34,008 bases of DNA. Origin: a virus. Under the pieces are notes generated by a model. That model saw only the letters and a list, made by a program, of their open reading frames with translations. It did not search any database and was not told where the DNA came from. Positions 7,869 to 16,622 of the stretch are shown piece after piece. The position numbers and the translations under genes are program-made. How positions within the stretch are numbered: the first letter of the stretch is position 1; every line of letters starts with the position of its first letter. The stretch is from the IMG/VR virus record IMGVR_UViG_3300031539_000159. One strand, given 5' to 3'.

Positions 7869-8233
7869 ACACAGATAAAACGGCGGCCATGCCGACCGAT
7901 AACCAACCAGCGGAACAACCCGCCATGAATCGGAAGCAACGCCGACAAATGGCGAACCTGGCGAAGAAGTACCGGCCGCGGGGGAAGTGCCCCTTCCCTG
8001 GTTGCGGGCATACCTTCTTCCAGGAAGACGGACAACCGAACGCGTGTCCTGACCATAGGAAGCTAATCGCCGACGTGTTATACATAGTGAATCATACAAA
8101 GACGGGGGAACCTGAAGCCGTCGGCGGCAAAGACGGGAAGCCGGTAATCTATGTCCCGAAGCCTGGCGTATCAATGCGAACGCTGGAAATTGAATTGGCG
8201 GCCGAAGCCGCGAAAGGGGGTAATAAACCATGA
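7865..8233 (+). CDS. Hypothetical protein with a CPFPGCGH...CPDH zinc-finger-like motif
   Basis: 122-aa ORF with ATGA overlap and GGGGGAAGC SD. Confidence 0.55.
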   Translation: MNTDKTAAMPTDNQPAEQPAMNRKQRRQMANLAKKYRPRGKCPFPGCGHTFFQEDGQPNACPDHRKLIADVLYIVNHTKTGEPEAVGGKDGKPVIYVPKPGVSMRTLEIELAAEAAKGGNKP

Positions 8234-9210
8234 CGGACTTAAAATTCAAACTATCATTCGACGAACGCGGACGGGTAATATATCAACCAGGTGACATTGT
8301 CGGCGTCCGCGGGGGCAAAGGACCGATACCCTGGTTATCTTACCATGCCATTGTCCCGCAAACTCCATTGTTCCATTTCCTTCTTATCGGCGACCGTATC
8401 GGAACGGAAGATTACGTTATCCTGGAAAGTATCGGGAAGGGTACCGCCTTCGGGCGGCTTTCCTGGTATAGGAATCGCGAACACGTTGTCTTCCGCGTGA
8501 ACCACGAAAACGCCGAAGATATGGGAAACCTGGCCGTCAACCTGGCGTCGAAGTTCGGCCGCCGCCGGTACGACTGGAAGCTATATGTCCGAATCTTCGC
8601 CTGGGCCCTGGGTTACTGGTTGAAGGAAATCCTGAAGCTTCACTTCCCGCCGCGGCCAGTTTACCCGACGCAAATCCCATATAAGACCGACCAGGACTTC
8701 ATTTGTATTGAACTGGTCTTCGAAGCCTGGAAGGAAGTCGGCTTCAGAATTCGGGAACACGGACACGCGCCGGTTCCGGCCGAAGTTATCCTGGCCGTGG
8801 ACCGCGGGGACCTGGAAGTCATAGACAACCACGACGGGAATCCCGCGAACTGGCGGAATCATAAGTCCCCGTTATACACGGCGGCCAGGCAAATCGCCGA
8901 AGACCATAAACCGAAAGCGGGCGGCGATATTATCGGACGCCAGGGCGGGCAAAAGCGGAATCGGGCCCATATCTACCGACAACCGTACGGGTACCCGATT
9001 CGCCTTTGCGATTGGGCCGCCGTTGACGTGGAAACAATCGAACGAATCGGCGAAGCCCAGGGACTATGCGGACCGGCGGAATTGCGCGTCCTAGCCGCCG
9101 TCCTGGATTGGGCGGAAGCCACGAAGGGCGCCGTTATCTGTAAGCATTGTCGGGCCCTGGCCAAAGGCGAACGCGGACCGCTTATGGGCGGACCTGGGGG
9201 GTACGCATGA
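8230..9210 (+). CDS. YiiX/YaeF-like permuted papain-fold (NlpC/P60 superfamily) hydrolase with a C-terminal extension
   Basis: GDIVGVRG...HFLLIG...VILESIGKG...RRRYDW...FICIELVFEAWKEVGF resembles the permuted NlpC/P60 order, with the Cys in the last motif. Identified by eye only. Confidence 0.4.
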   Translation: MTDLKFKLSFDERGRVIYQPGDIVGVRGGKGPIPWLSYHAIVPQTPLFHFLLIGDRIGTEDYVILESIGKGTAFGRLSWYRNREHVVFRVNHENAEDMGNLAVNLASKFGRRRYDWKLYVRIFAWALGYWLKEILKLHFPPRPVYPTQIPYKTDQDFICIELVFEAWKEVGFRIREHGHAPVPAEVILAVDRGDLEVIDNHDGNPANWRNHKSPLYTAARQIAEDHKPKAGGDIIGRQGGQKRNRAHIYRQPYGYPIRLCDWAAVDVETIERIGEAQGLCGPAELRVLAAVLDWAEATKGAVICKHCRALAKGERGPLMGGPGGYA

Positions 9211-9884
9211 ACCAACCGGCGAAGAAGTCCCATAAAAAGAAGGTCAAGCCCTGGAACACATATCGGGCCGAAGAACGCCAGGAATACTTCTTCCTGATAT
9301 ACGAACAAATGGGCGTTGGCCGAACCCTGAAGCGATTGTGGGGCCTTGTCCGCGGGGTCGGGGTATCAATATCCCTGAAGACCCTGGAACGGTATTCGTC
9401 TTCATTCAACTGGCAAGTCCGGATACTCGAAAGGGCGGCCAGGCATGAAGCGGCCGACTTCGTGGAAATCCAGGACCAGGTTGACCAAATGACCCAGGAC
9501 CATATTCGAGTATTCCAGGATATAGGGGCCCTGGTCACGGCCGGAATCAAGCATTGGAAGAAGAAGATTGACGACCGTGTCGCCGCGGGCGCGGGGGACG
9601 GCCTGGAAATGGACCTGACCGACATTGGCCGCCTGGCGGACCTGTACCAAAAGGGCGAACGCCTGGCGCGGGGACTTGCCACGTCGAAGGCGGAAGTAAT
9701 TATCGAAGTCCTTCCGCCCCTGGTCAAGGATATATTCGCCGTCTTCCTGGCCGTGAACGTTATCACGAACGACCCGCCGGAACTGGTCCGGAAGCGGCAA
9801 GCCGAATTCATTACCCGCGCCGACGCGGTCATGGTCCTGTATTACGGCGGCCAAAAGCAAATCGGCGAAGGGGGCGGGAATTGA
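9207..9884 (+). CDS. Candidate terminase small subunit (HTH + coiled coil)
   Basis: Basic N-terminus, an HTH-like segment (GRTLKRLWGLV...ISLKTLERYSSSFNWQVR), then helical oligomerisation-like regions. It lies upstream of TerL but is separated from it by 6 genes. ATGA overlap at the start. Confidence 0.4.
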   Translation: MNQPAKKSHKKKVKPWNTYRAEERQEYFFLIYEQMGVGRTLKRLWGLVRGVGVSISLKTLERYSSSFNWQVRILERAARHEAADFVEIQDQVDQMTQDHIRVFQDIGALVTAGIKHWKKKIDDRVAAGAGDGLEMDLTDIGRLADLYQKGERLARGLATSKAEVIIEVLPPLVKDIFAVFLAVNVITNDPPELVRKRQAEFITRADAVMVLYYGGQKQIGEGGGN

Positions 9885-10135
9885 AACAGGAAGGGGACAA
9901 AGTAAATAAACGACCCAAACGATACAAGGAAGTCTTCAAAATGGAAGTTATTTTGGCGAAGGGGCGGGACGGTTCCCCTTTCTTATATCATCTTCAAGGT
10001 TATCAGCGGGGGAAGTGGATTGGGGGAAACTTGAATATCACTTCAAGGCGCGAACTCAACAAGCTTATCCGTCAATGGTTCAACGATATAGAAACGGAAA
10101 TAATGGGAACGGGATTTTGGAAGGGGGTTGAATGA
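9881..10135 (+). CDS. Hypothetical protein (84 aa) starting MKQEG
   Basis: TTG start in a TTGA overlap with GAAGGGGGC SD. An alternative ATG is at 9941. Confidence 0.45.
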   Translation: MKQEGDKVNKRPKRYKEVFKMEVILAKGRDGSPFLYHLQGYQRGKWIGGNLNITSRRELNKLIRQWFNDIETEIMGTGFWKGVE

Positions 10136-10351
10136 ATGAAACAGGAAGGGAATATCTTCATTGCGGAAAGCAAGGCGGACTTCAGCGGTTGGGAAGTAAT
10201 CAGCATTCAACCGGCGTTCAAGCCTGGCGTGAAGCGGGTCACGGTCCGGCATATCCCGCTGACCGTATCGAAGGAAACGCCCGCGGAATGCCGCTTGGTA
10301 TTCTGTAAGGACGAACACGTTCCGACTGAATTCCGAAAGGTCGCGGTATAA
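10136..10351 (+). CDS. Hypothetical protein (71 aa) starting MKQEG
   Basis: AAGGGGGTTGAATGA precedes the ATG. It shares a 14-nt 5' sequence with the previous gene. Confidence 0.5.
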   Translation: MKQEGNIFIAESKADFSGWEVISIQPAFKPGVKRVTVRHIPLTVSKETPAECRLVFCKDEHVPTEFRKVAV

Positions 10352-10881
10352 TGGCCAACTGTAAGCAATGCGGGGCCCCGCTGACGAAGGGGAATATCAA
10401 GTTCGTTCGGAAGCCTGGGAAGCGGCCGTATCGAGTATGTCGGCGTTGTCGGTATCCCGACGAAGTCGAAGTGACTAGGGTCGGCGACAAGCGTCGGTCC
10501 TTCGTTCGCCCGCCGTCCAGGGAAGACGGCCGACCCGACTTGACGGTCCTGGAAGACTTTGTCCAGGCACCTTCGGAAGCTATTCAAACGGTCAAGCTGG
10601 CCGGTAATATCGAAAGCACAGGGAACGCCCTTCAGCGGCCCCAGGTTAGCACAGGGGACCCGCTAGTGGTCGAAGGGATACTGGAACATCTGGACCCGCC
10701 GAAGTACCGTTATTTCGTAACCAGGGCGACGGCCGAAAAGATTCAACGGGCAATCAAGGGCGGTCAAGTCGGGATAACGGTCGAAGTGATTCCCGTCCCC
10801 GAATACCAGGTCGAAGCGGACCCTGACGCCCTGGGGGATTATGTCGAAATCAACTTCAGTCATTACGCCGTTGACCATTGA
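10351..10881 (+). CDS. Hypothetical protein with an N-terminal zinc ribbon (CKQC...CRRC)
   Basis: 176-aa ORF with TAATG overlap. Confidence 0.55.
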   Translation: MANCKQCGAPLTKGNIKFVRKPGKRPYRVCRRCRYPDEVEVTRVGDKRRSFVRPPSREDGRPDLTVLEDFVQAPSEAIQTVKLAGNIESTGNALQRPQVSTGDPLVVEGILEHLDPPKYRYFVTRATAEKIQRAIKGGQVGITVEVIPVPEYQVEADPDALGDYVEINFSHYAVDH

Positions 10882-10882
10882 A

Positions 10883-11062
10883 TTGACCCTGGACGAATGG
10901 TTCCTGATATGGGCCGCTGATAAGACGGCCCGCGCCCTGGGGCTTTCAATGACCTGGGAAAAGACTGAACACGGGGTTATAATAGGCATGGGGAAAACGA
11001 ATGAAGAAGATATATCAAACGACGTTCGGGGGCGTGAACGCGCCCGACGAAGAAAAGGGTAA
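10883..11062 (+). CDS. Possible small ORF (59 aa, TTG start)
   Basis: It fills the 119-nt gap before 11001 but overlaps the next gene by 62 nt. No clear SD. Confidence 0.2.
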   Translation: MTLDEWFLIWAADKTARALGLSMTWEKTEHGVIIGMGKTNEEDISNDVRGRERARRRKG

Positions 11063-11426
11063 TTGCTGGCAAGCTTGCGTCGCATCACTTCTGGAAATAC
11101 CCCTGGAAGAAGCGTTCGACTGTCGCCCTTATTGGGACCAGGGCGACGGGAAATGGTTCGACGATTTCAACGCCTGGTTGAAGGATTATGGCCTGGCCTG
11201 TATCGCCTTCGACCATACGGAAGAAAAGCCCCTTCCAGCGTCGCCTTTCCTGGGTTATCACCTGGGGGAATTCAAAAGCGCAACCTTGAAGAATGGGGAA
11301 ACCCATATATGCGTAATCCACAACGGGGACGTGGTCCATGACCCGAACCCACGGGCCGAAAGGGTTGGCGACGCATTGGGGTTATATCTATTCGTACCGC
11401 TGGACCCCGTGGAGTGGTCGAAGTGA
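11001..11426 (+). CDS. Papain-like cysteine peptidase (C39-like arrangement)
   Basis: GNCWQACVASLL is a candidate catalytic Cys after Asn/Gln. ETHICVIHNGDVVHDPNP is a candidate His/Asp. Size 141 aa. Confidence 0.45.
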   Translation: MKKIYQTTFGGVNAPDEEKGNCWQACVASLLEIPLEEAFDCRPYWDQGDGKWFDDFNAWLKDYGLACIAFDHTEEKPLPASPFLGYHLGEFKSATLKNGETHICVIHNGDVVHDPNPRAERVGDALGLYLFVPLDPVEWSK

Positions 11427-12328
11427 AAGTATTATTGCTTGACGTTGACGGAAAGCTTCCGAATATTGCCCTTCACAAGTTGGCGATATGGCACGAAGGC
11501 CAGGGCGACGAAGTGACCTGGAATATGCCGCTTTTCCTGAACCAGGCCGACAAGGTTTACATTTCAACAATACTGACGAAGTCGCGCCCGAAGGTTGAAA
11601 ACCTGGTTGGATTACGGCCCGACGCCGTCGTCGGCGGAACGGGTACCTGGGGCTGGTTCATTGACCCGCCGCCAAATTTCCTTCCTTGTCTTCCCGCGGA
11701 AGTTGAACTGGTCAAGGCCCGAATCAATTACGGGTTCACAACGCGGGGTTGTATTCGCCATTGTCCGTTTTGCCTGGTCCCGCTGGTTGAAGGAAATATC
11801 CGCGCGGTCGGGGATATATTCGACGTTTGGGACGGGAAGTCGAAGACCTTGACGTTATTCGATAATAATATCCTGGCCCTTCCGGAACACTTCGAAAGGA
11901 TTGTCACCCAACTGGTCGCTGAAGAACTGGTCGTTGACTTCAACCAGGGCCTTGATATTCGCTTGGTTACTTCTGGAATCGCCCGAATGTTATCAAGATT
12001 GAAAACAAAGGATATTCGATTCGCTTTTGATAGCCTATCGTTGGAAAGCGTTTTCCGTCGTAAAATAGACATATTGAGAAGTAACGGATTCCCGAATAAA
12101 TACTTCTTCGTTTATGTCCTGGTTGGCTTTGATACTACATTCGAAGAAGATATGTACCGCCTGGACGTATTGAAGGAATTAAAATGTCGGCCTTATGTAA
12201 TGCGCCATGAAAGAACGCCGAACGAACGAAGGTATAATGAAATGGCTTCATGGGCGAATCAACTATGGACTTTCGCGGAGTATAACTTTAGTGAGTATTG
12301 GAAATTCAGAACGGGGACAAACTTATGA
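11423..12328 (+). CDS. Radical SAM enzyme with an N-terminal Rossmann-like (B12-binding-like) domain
   Basis: TTRGCIRHCPFC (CX3CX2C) follows a KVLLLDVDG...ALHKLA flavodoxin-like N-terminus. GTG at 11423 has GGAG 8 nt upstream and a GTGA overlap. An alternative GTG is at 11414. Confidence 0.7.
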   Translation: MKVLLLDVDGKLPNIALHKLAIWHEGQGDEVTWNMPLFLNQADKVYISTILTKSRPKVENLVGLRPDAVVGGTGTWGWFIDPPPNFLPCLPAEVELVKARINYGFTTRGCIRHCPFCLVPLVEGNIRAVGDIFDVWDGKSKTLTLFDNNILALPEHFERIVTQLVAEELVVDFNQGLDIRLVTSGIARMLSRLKTKDIRFAFDSLSLESVFRRKIDILRSNGFPNKYFFVYVLVGFDTTFEEDMYRLDVLKELKCRPYVMRHERTPNERRYNEMASWANQLWTFAEYNFSEYWKFRTGTNL

Positions 12329-13806
12329 TAACGAAGACGCCGTACCTTTTCAAAGACGCCGCGACCGCGGTCGAAATCCGGCGGGCCGAAGACGTGGCCG
12401 ACTGGACCAGGACGCCCGCGACCCTGGGGAATCACTTGACGAACGGGTCGTACGAACGGATTCGGCATATTGACTTCCTGGCCGACATAATCGCCCAATG
12501 CGCGGAACGGGCCGTCTTCCTGGTAATCAACGTTCCGCCCCAACACGGCAAGTCCGAACTGGTTTCGCATTATACGCCCGTTTGGTTCCTGAAGAAGTTT
12601 CCCTGGAAGAAGGTCGGGCTGGCGTCGTACGAAATGGGATTCGCTTCAGAATGGGGCGGCAAGGCGAAGGACACGATTACCGAACACACCGACGAACTGA
12701 ATATCCAGCTTCGCCAGGACACGAAGGCGAAGGGCCGCTGGAACCTTCGCGGATACGGCGGCGGAATGACCGTTGCCGGTATCGGCGGCCCCTTCACGGG
12801 TCGGGGCTTCGACTTGATTGTCGTTGACGACCCTATTAAAAACGACGCTGAAGCCCTTTCGGAAGTGTACCGGCGCCGGAACTGGAACTGGTATCGTTCC
12901 GTCGTCCGGCCCAGGCTTCAACCTGGCGGGTCCATTATCGTCATTATGACCCGCTGGCATGAACAAGACCTGGCGGGGGCCTTGTTGGGGAACCCGCCGG
13001 AAGACGAAGAAGAACTGCTTATTGAAGAAGACGTCGAACCGGACCCCTGGGAATGTATCAACCTTCCGGCCCTGGCCGAAGAAAACGACGTCCTGGGGCG
13101 GAAACCAGGGGAAGCCCTTTGGCCCACGCGGTACGACGAAACGGCCCTGAAGAAGCTTCGGGTCGCCGCCGGTCCCTTTTGGTGGACCGCGCAATACCGC
13201 GGGAAGCCGCAACCTGAAGGCGGCGGTATCATCAAAACGGCCTGGTTCAAGTCGTACGAAGACGAAGACCTTCCGCCGACCTTTTCCCGCGTCGTCCAGA
13301 TATGGGATACGGCACACAAGGAAAAGCAACGACATGACCGTTCGGCGTGTCTTACCATTGGCCAGGCGAACAACCCGCGCCGGTATTACCTTCTGGACCT
13401 GTACGTTGCCAGGCTTACCTTTCCGGACCTGAATCGGGCGGCCGAAGCGCAATATGACAAATGGGAACCGGACCGCGTCGTGATTGAAGATAAGTCTTCC
13501 GGAATATCCCTTATCCAGCAACTTCGGCGGGATACGAAGGTCCCGATTCGGGCGGTCAAGGCCATTGACGACAAGGTCACGCGGGCCCATACCGTAACCG
13601 GCGTCATGGAAGCGGGCCAGGTCCTTATCCCGCGTCATGCTTCCTGGTTGGCCGATTTCCTGAAGGAAGTCGGGGACTTCCCGACCGGCGCGCATGACGA
13701 TATTGTTGACGTCCTGGTCCACGGCTTGCGCTTCCTGAAGCCGCGATTGAAGGGGCACCGCCAGGGGGTCGAAGTGGAAGCGAAGAAGTCCCGCTGGCGT
13801 GACTGA
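12325..13806 (+). CDS. terL: Terminase large subunit
   Basis: The ATPase shows PPQHGKSE (Walker A-like), LIVVDDP (Walker B) and MTRWHEQDL. The C-terminal nuclease shows IWDTA, VVIEDKSSG and HDDIVD. ATGA overlap at the start. Confidence 0.9.
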   Translation: MITKTPYLFKDAATAVEIRRAEDVADWTRTPATLGNHLTNGSYERIRHIDFLADIIAQCAERAVFLVINVPPQHGKSELVSHYTPVWFLKKFPWKKVGLASYEMGFASEWGGKAKDTITEHTDELNIQLRQDTKAKGRWNLRGYGGGMTVAGIGGPFTGRGFDLIVVDDPIKNDAEALSEVYRRRNWNWYRSVVRPRLQPGGSIIVIMTRWHEQDLAGALLGNPPEDEEELLIEEDVEPDPWECINLPALAEENDVLGRKPGEALWPTRYDETALKKLRVAAGPFWWTAQYRGKPQPEGGGIIKTAWFKSYEDEDLPPTFSRVVQIWDTAHKEKQRHDRSACLTIGQANNPRRYYLLDLYVARLTFPDLNRAAEAQYDKWEPDRVVIEDKSSGISLIQQLRRDTKVPIRAVKAIDDKVTRAHTVTGVMEAGQVLIPRHASWLADFLKEVGDFPTGAHDDIVDVLVHGLRFLKPRLKGHRQGVEVEAKKSRWRD

Positions 13807-13807
13807 A

Positions 13808-14029
13808 ATGGTTACATCATATCAACGGGGACACCTTATCGAGTACGTCGGCGGTCAATGGATTTATGCCGACGATAAAACGCCGATAACGAATGAACGT
13901 CCGTGTATTCGTTGCGGAAGATTACCGACACCGGAAGGATACGACGCTTGCCTGGGATATTTGCCAGGCGTTGAATCGGCTTGTTGTGGACACGGCCGCG
14001 CGACTAGCTTCCCGATTGTATCAACTTGA
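13808..14029 (+). CDS. Small Cys-rich protein (CIRCG...C...ACCGHG)
   Basis: 73 aa, immediately after terL. Confidence 0.5.
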   Translation: MVTSYQRGHLIEYVGGQWIYADDKTPITNERPCIRCGRLPTPEGYDACLGYLPGVESACCGHGRATSFPIVST

Positions 14030-14055
14030 CACTTTCGGGGAAATGGAAGTAAACT
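14026..14055 (+). promoter_or_regulatory. Candidate sigma70-type promoter P4 (TTGACA-18 nt-TAAACT)
   Basis: TTGACA at 14026-14031 overlaps the stop of the previous gene. TAAACT is at 14050-14055. The 18-nt spacer matches P1-P3, and it precedes the portal gene. Confidence 0.45.
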
Positions 14056-14093
14056 TTTGAAAGGCCCGAAATAACCGAAGGGGGAATCGCATA

Positions 14094-15503
14094 ATGGTTT
14101 CAAATAGAGGTTATACACCGCCGGACCCGAATTCCAAACGAAGTCAACGCCGCCGAAAAGAAGGGCGGCTTTCGCGTAATTATCAGAATGAAAGCGGCAA
14201 TATCCGAACCGTGGTCGGCGTCACAGGATTGAAGCATATCGGCGGCCGCATTCGTGAAGAATACCTGAACGCAATCAAAAACTGGTCAACCGAAGTCAAG
14301 CTGTACCTGGAAATGAGGGACGACCCGATATGCGGGGCCCTGGTTGACGGAATCAAACTTCCCCTTCAGGCCGCTTCCTTTGACGTTGAAGCCGCCCCTG
14401 GCGGGTCGCCCAACGACGAAGCCGCGGCCGAATGGTTATGGGAAGTATTGAATAACATGGACGGGCAAACGTGGATTTCCCATGTCGAAGACGCCCTGGA
14501 ATGCCTGGACTTCGGGTTCGCCCTGGGGGAAATGGTCCTGGACAAAAGGGACGACGGCCGCCTTTGGTTGAAGAACATTGACCCGCGCGGCCAGGAAAGC
14601 TTGAACCGTTGGGAATACGACAAGGAAGAACGGGACAAGCTGATTGCCTTCGTTCAGAATGACCCGAATTCCGGCGCGACGTTCACGATTCCGCTTGCGA
14701 AATGCTTACATTTCACATACCGCGGCCGGAAGGGGAATCCCCAGGGACATTCGATATTGCGGGCCCTATATCGCCCGTACAAGTTCGCGCGGAACCTGGA
14801 AGACCTGGAAGGAATCGGTATCGAACGCGACGTCGGCGGTATGCCGTACGCGAAGCTGACCGACGACAACTTCGAAACCGCGGACCTGGACGACTTGAAG
14901 AAGGCATTGAAGGGTCTTCGGAAGGACGAAGAAGTTTACCTTATCGCCCCGCCTGGCGTGGACATTCAAGCGTACGGCGGCGGGTCGAAGATATACGACG
15001 TCAACGTGGTCATTGACCGCTGGCATAAAATAACGCTAATGCGCTTCTTCGCGCAATTCCTTATCCTGGGAATGGGGAACGTCGGGACCCAGGCCCTTGT
15101 CAAAGGTTCCCAGGACTTCTTTTCGCTGGTCCTGGAAGCGGTCCAGCGGTACCTTCTGGAAACCTGGAACCTTCAACTGGTCCCGTACATCTTCAACTTC
15201 AACCAATGGTCCGGCATATCGGGGTACCCGAAAATCGTTTGGGAAAAGCCAGGTCGGGTTGACTTCAACGCCCTTATTACCGCGCTGAATACGGCGGCGG
15301 GCGCGAAGCTATTCACGCCGACCGACATTGACGAAGACCATATCCGAAGCCTTGCGGACCTTCCCGAACTTCCGGAAGAAGAACGGGGGGCCCCGCGTGA
15401 CGTTGAACAACCGCCAATGGGCGGCCTTTTCGACCTTCCGAAGAAGGTTGAAGACATGGGGGCCCGTATCGAAAAGGAACTGGCCCTGGCGGGGAAGAAA
15501 TGA
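14094..15503 (+). CDS. Portal protein (Mu gp29/DUF935-like)
   Basis: 469 aa, between terL and the MuF-like gene. YLEMRDDPICGALVDGIKLPL...WLWEVL is a portal-type N-terminal pattern. Confidence 0.8.
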   Translation: MVSNRGYTPPDPNSKRSQRRRKEGRLSRNYQNESGNIRTVVGVTGLKHIGGRIREEYLNAIKNWSTEVKLYLEMRDDPICGALVDGIKLPLQAASFDVEAAPGGSPNDEAAAEWLWEVLNNMDGQTWISHVEDALECLDFGFALGEMVLDKRDDGRLWLKNIDPRGQESLNRWEYDKEERDKLIAFVQNDPNSGATFTIPLAKCLHFTYRGRKGNPQGHSILRALYRPYKFARNLEDLEGIGIERDVGGMPYAKLTDDNFETADLDDLKKALKGLRKDEEVYLIAPPGVDIQAYGGGSKIYDVNVVIDRWHKITLMRFFAQFLILGMGNVGTQALVKGSQDFFSLVLEAVQRYLLETWNLQLVPYIFNFNQWSGISGYPKIVWEKPGRVDFNALITALNTAAGAKLFTPTDIDEDHIRSLADLPELPEEERGAPRDVEQPPMGGLFDLPKKVEDMGARIEKELALAGKK

Positions 15504-16327
15504 CAACGACAATGAAAAGGTTCGTCGCCCGTCCGAAGGCGGGTCAAAAGCAACGTATCGGGTCGGGGGATTGGGAACAAAAGACGAACCGCCAACAACG
15601 GAAGCTGGTCCGCGTATATGACGAATGGGCCGCGGCCGTGAAGCGGGAAATTGCCAGGCTTGCGAAGAACGGGGCGACAATCCCTGACCTTCAAGCTTAC
15701 CTGGACGGCCAGGTTCCGAAGTTGGAAGCGCGCCTGGTCGAAATCCAAACGGCGGGAATCAAAAGCGCGGTCAAAACGGCCGCCGGTTCCCGCGCTGAAC
15801 TTCCCGCGGTCCTGGGAATGACCGACCAGCAAATCCGCGACAACGTGACCCTGATTCGAAATAACCTGGTCCCGAAGATTCACGAAAAGCTTACCCTGGC
15901 CCTGGCGACCGCGATTCCCCTGGTCGGCATTGGAATAACGGGCCTGGCCATTGACCAACAAAGGGCCGTCGCCCTGGCCATAAAGAACGCGACCGTCGCT
16001 GGCCGTTCCATGCCCGCCCAATATGCGGGCGGATATTGGGTCGCGATATTCGAAACGGAAAAGACCCTGGGCGGCGTTCGTGAAGACGAACGGGCCGCCG
16101 AAGGATTACCGCCTGAACCCGTACGTTGGGACCTGGACCCGCGGGCGGTCCATTGTAAGCCGTCGCCTGGATTTTACGGTTGCCCCGAACTAGCGGGCGA
16201 ATATCCTGGCGGTTGGCGGACCCTTCCGACCGTCCCCGCTGGACAAGTCACTTGCCGCGGGAATTGCCGTTGCCGTGTATCCGTCTTCCGGAACGGCGAA
16301 TGGCGAAGGGGCGTTTATGACGATTGA
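15500..16327 (+). CDS. Head morphogenesis protein, Mu F/SPP1 gp7-like
   Basis: It directly follows the portal with an ATGA overlap. C-terminal HCKPSPGFYGCPELAG...VTCRGNCRCRV is typical of the MuF family. Confidence 0.75.
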   Translation: MTTTMKRFVARPKAGQKQRIGSGDWEQKTNRQQRKLVRVYDEWAAAVKREIARLAKNGATIPDLQAYLDGQVPKLEARLVEIQTAGIKSAVKTAAGSRAELPAVLGMTDQQIRDNVTLIRNNLVPKIHEKLTLALATAIPLVGIGITGLAIDQQRAVALAIKNATVAGRSMPAQYAGGYWVAIFETEKTLGGVREDERAAEGLPPEPVRWDLDPRAVHCKPSPGFYGCPELAGEYPGGWRTLPTVPAGQVTCRGNCRCRVSVFRNGEWRRGVYDD

Positions 16328-16355
16328 CAAAATAAAAACGAAGGGGGAAAAGTCA

Positions 16356-16613
16356 ATGAAAACGAATACGCTGGTAATCGAAAAGAACGAAGGACTGGAA
16401 GTCAAGGTTTACGACGGGAAAGGCGCCGCCCATGATATAACCGCCGCCTTCCGTTCGATAGCCGGAAGTACCACGCCCGCGGCCGTGACGAATACGGTCA
16501 AGGCCCAAAGCGGGAACACGGACGTTGCGATTGACTTCCAGGCGACGTCGAAGAACATGGAGTTCGGGCTCGACCCGTCCGTGGTCAAGCAACTGGTCGC
16601 CCTGGAAGGATAA
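16356..16613 (+). CDS. Hypothetical protein (85 aa)
   Basis: GAAGGGGGAAAAG SD 5 nt before the ATG at 16356. The ORF-track start 16275 lies inside the MuF gene. Confidence 0.5.
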   Translation: MKTNTLVIEKNEGLEVKVYDGKGAAHDITAAFRSIAGSTTPAAVTNTVKAQSGNTDVAIDFQATSKNMEFGLDPSVVKQLVALEG

Positions 16614-16622
16614 GGGGGCGAA

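Noticed and set aside
12646-13758. Very long minus-strand ORFs: 370 aa here, and also 19442-20371, 15173-16021, 18132-18986, 32480-33223, 9182-9832, 2264-2899, 1378-1992 and 25238-25948.
   Set aside because: All lie fully antisense inside well-supported plus-strand genes. They lack SD sequences and translate to Arg/Pro/Gly-rich low-complexity sequence. Their length is explained by the scarcity of TTA, CTA and TCA codons in the sense genes.
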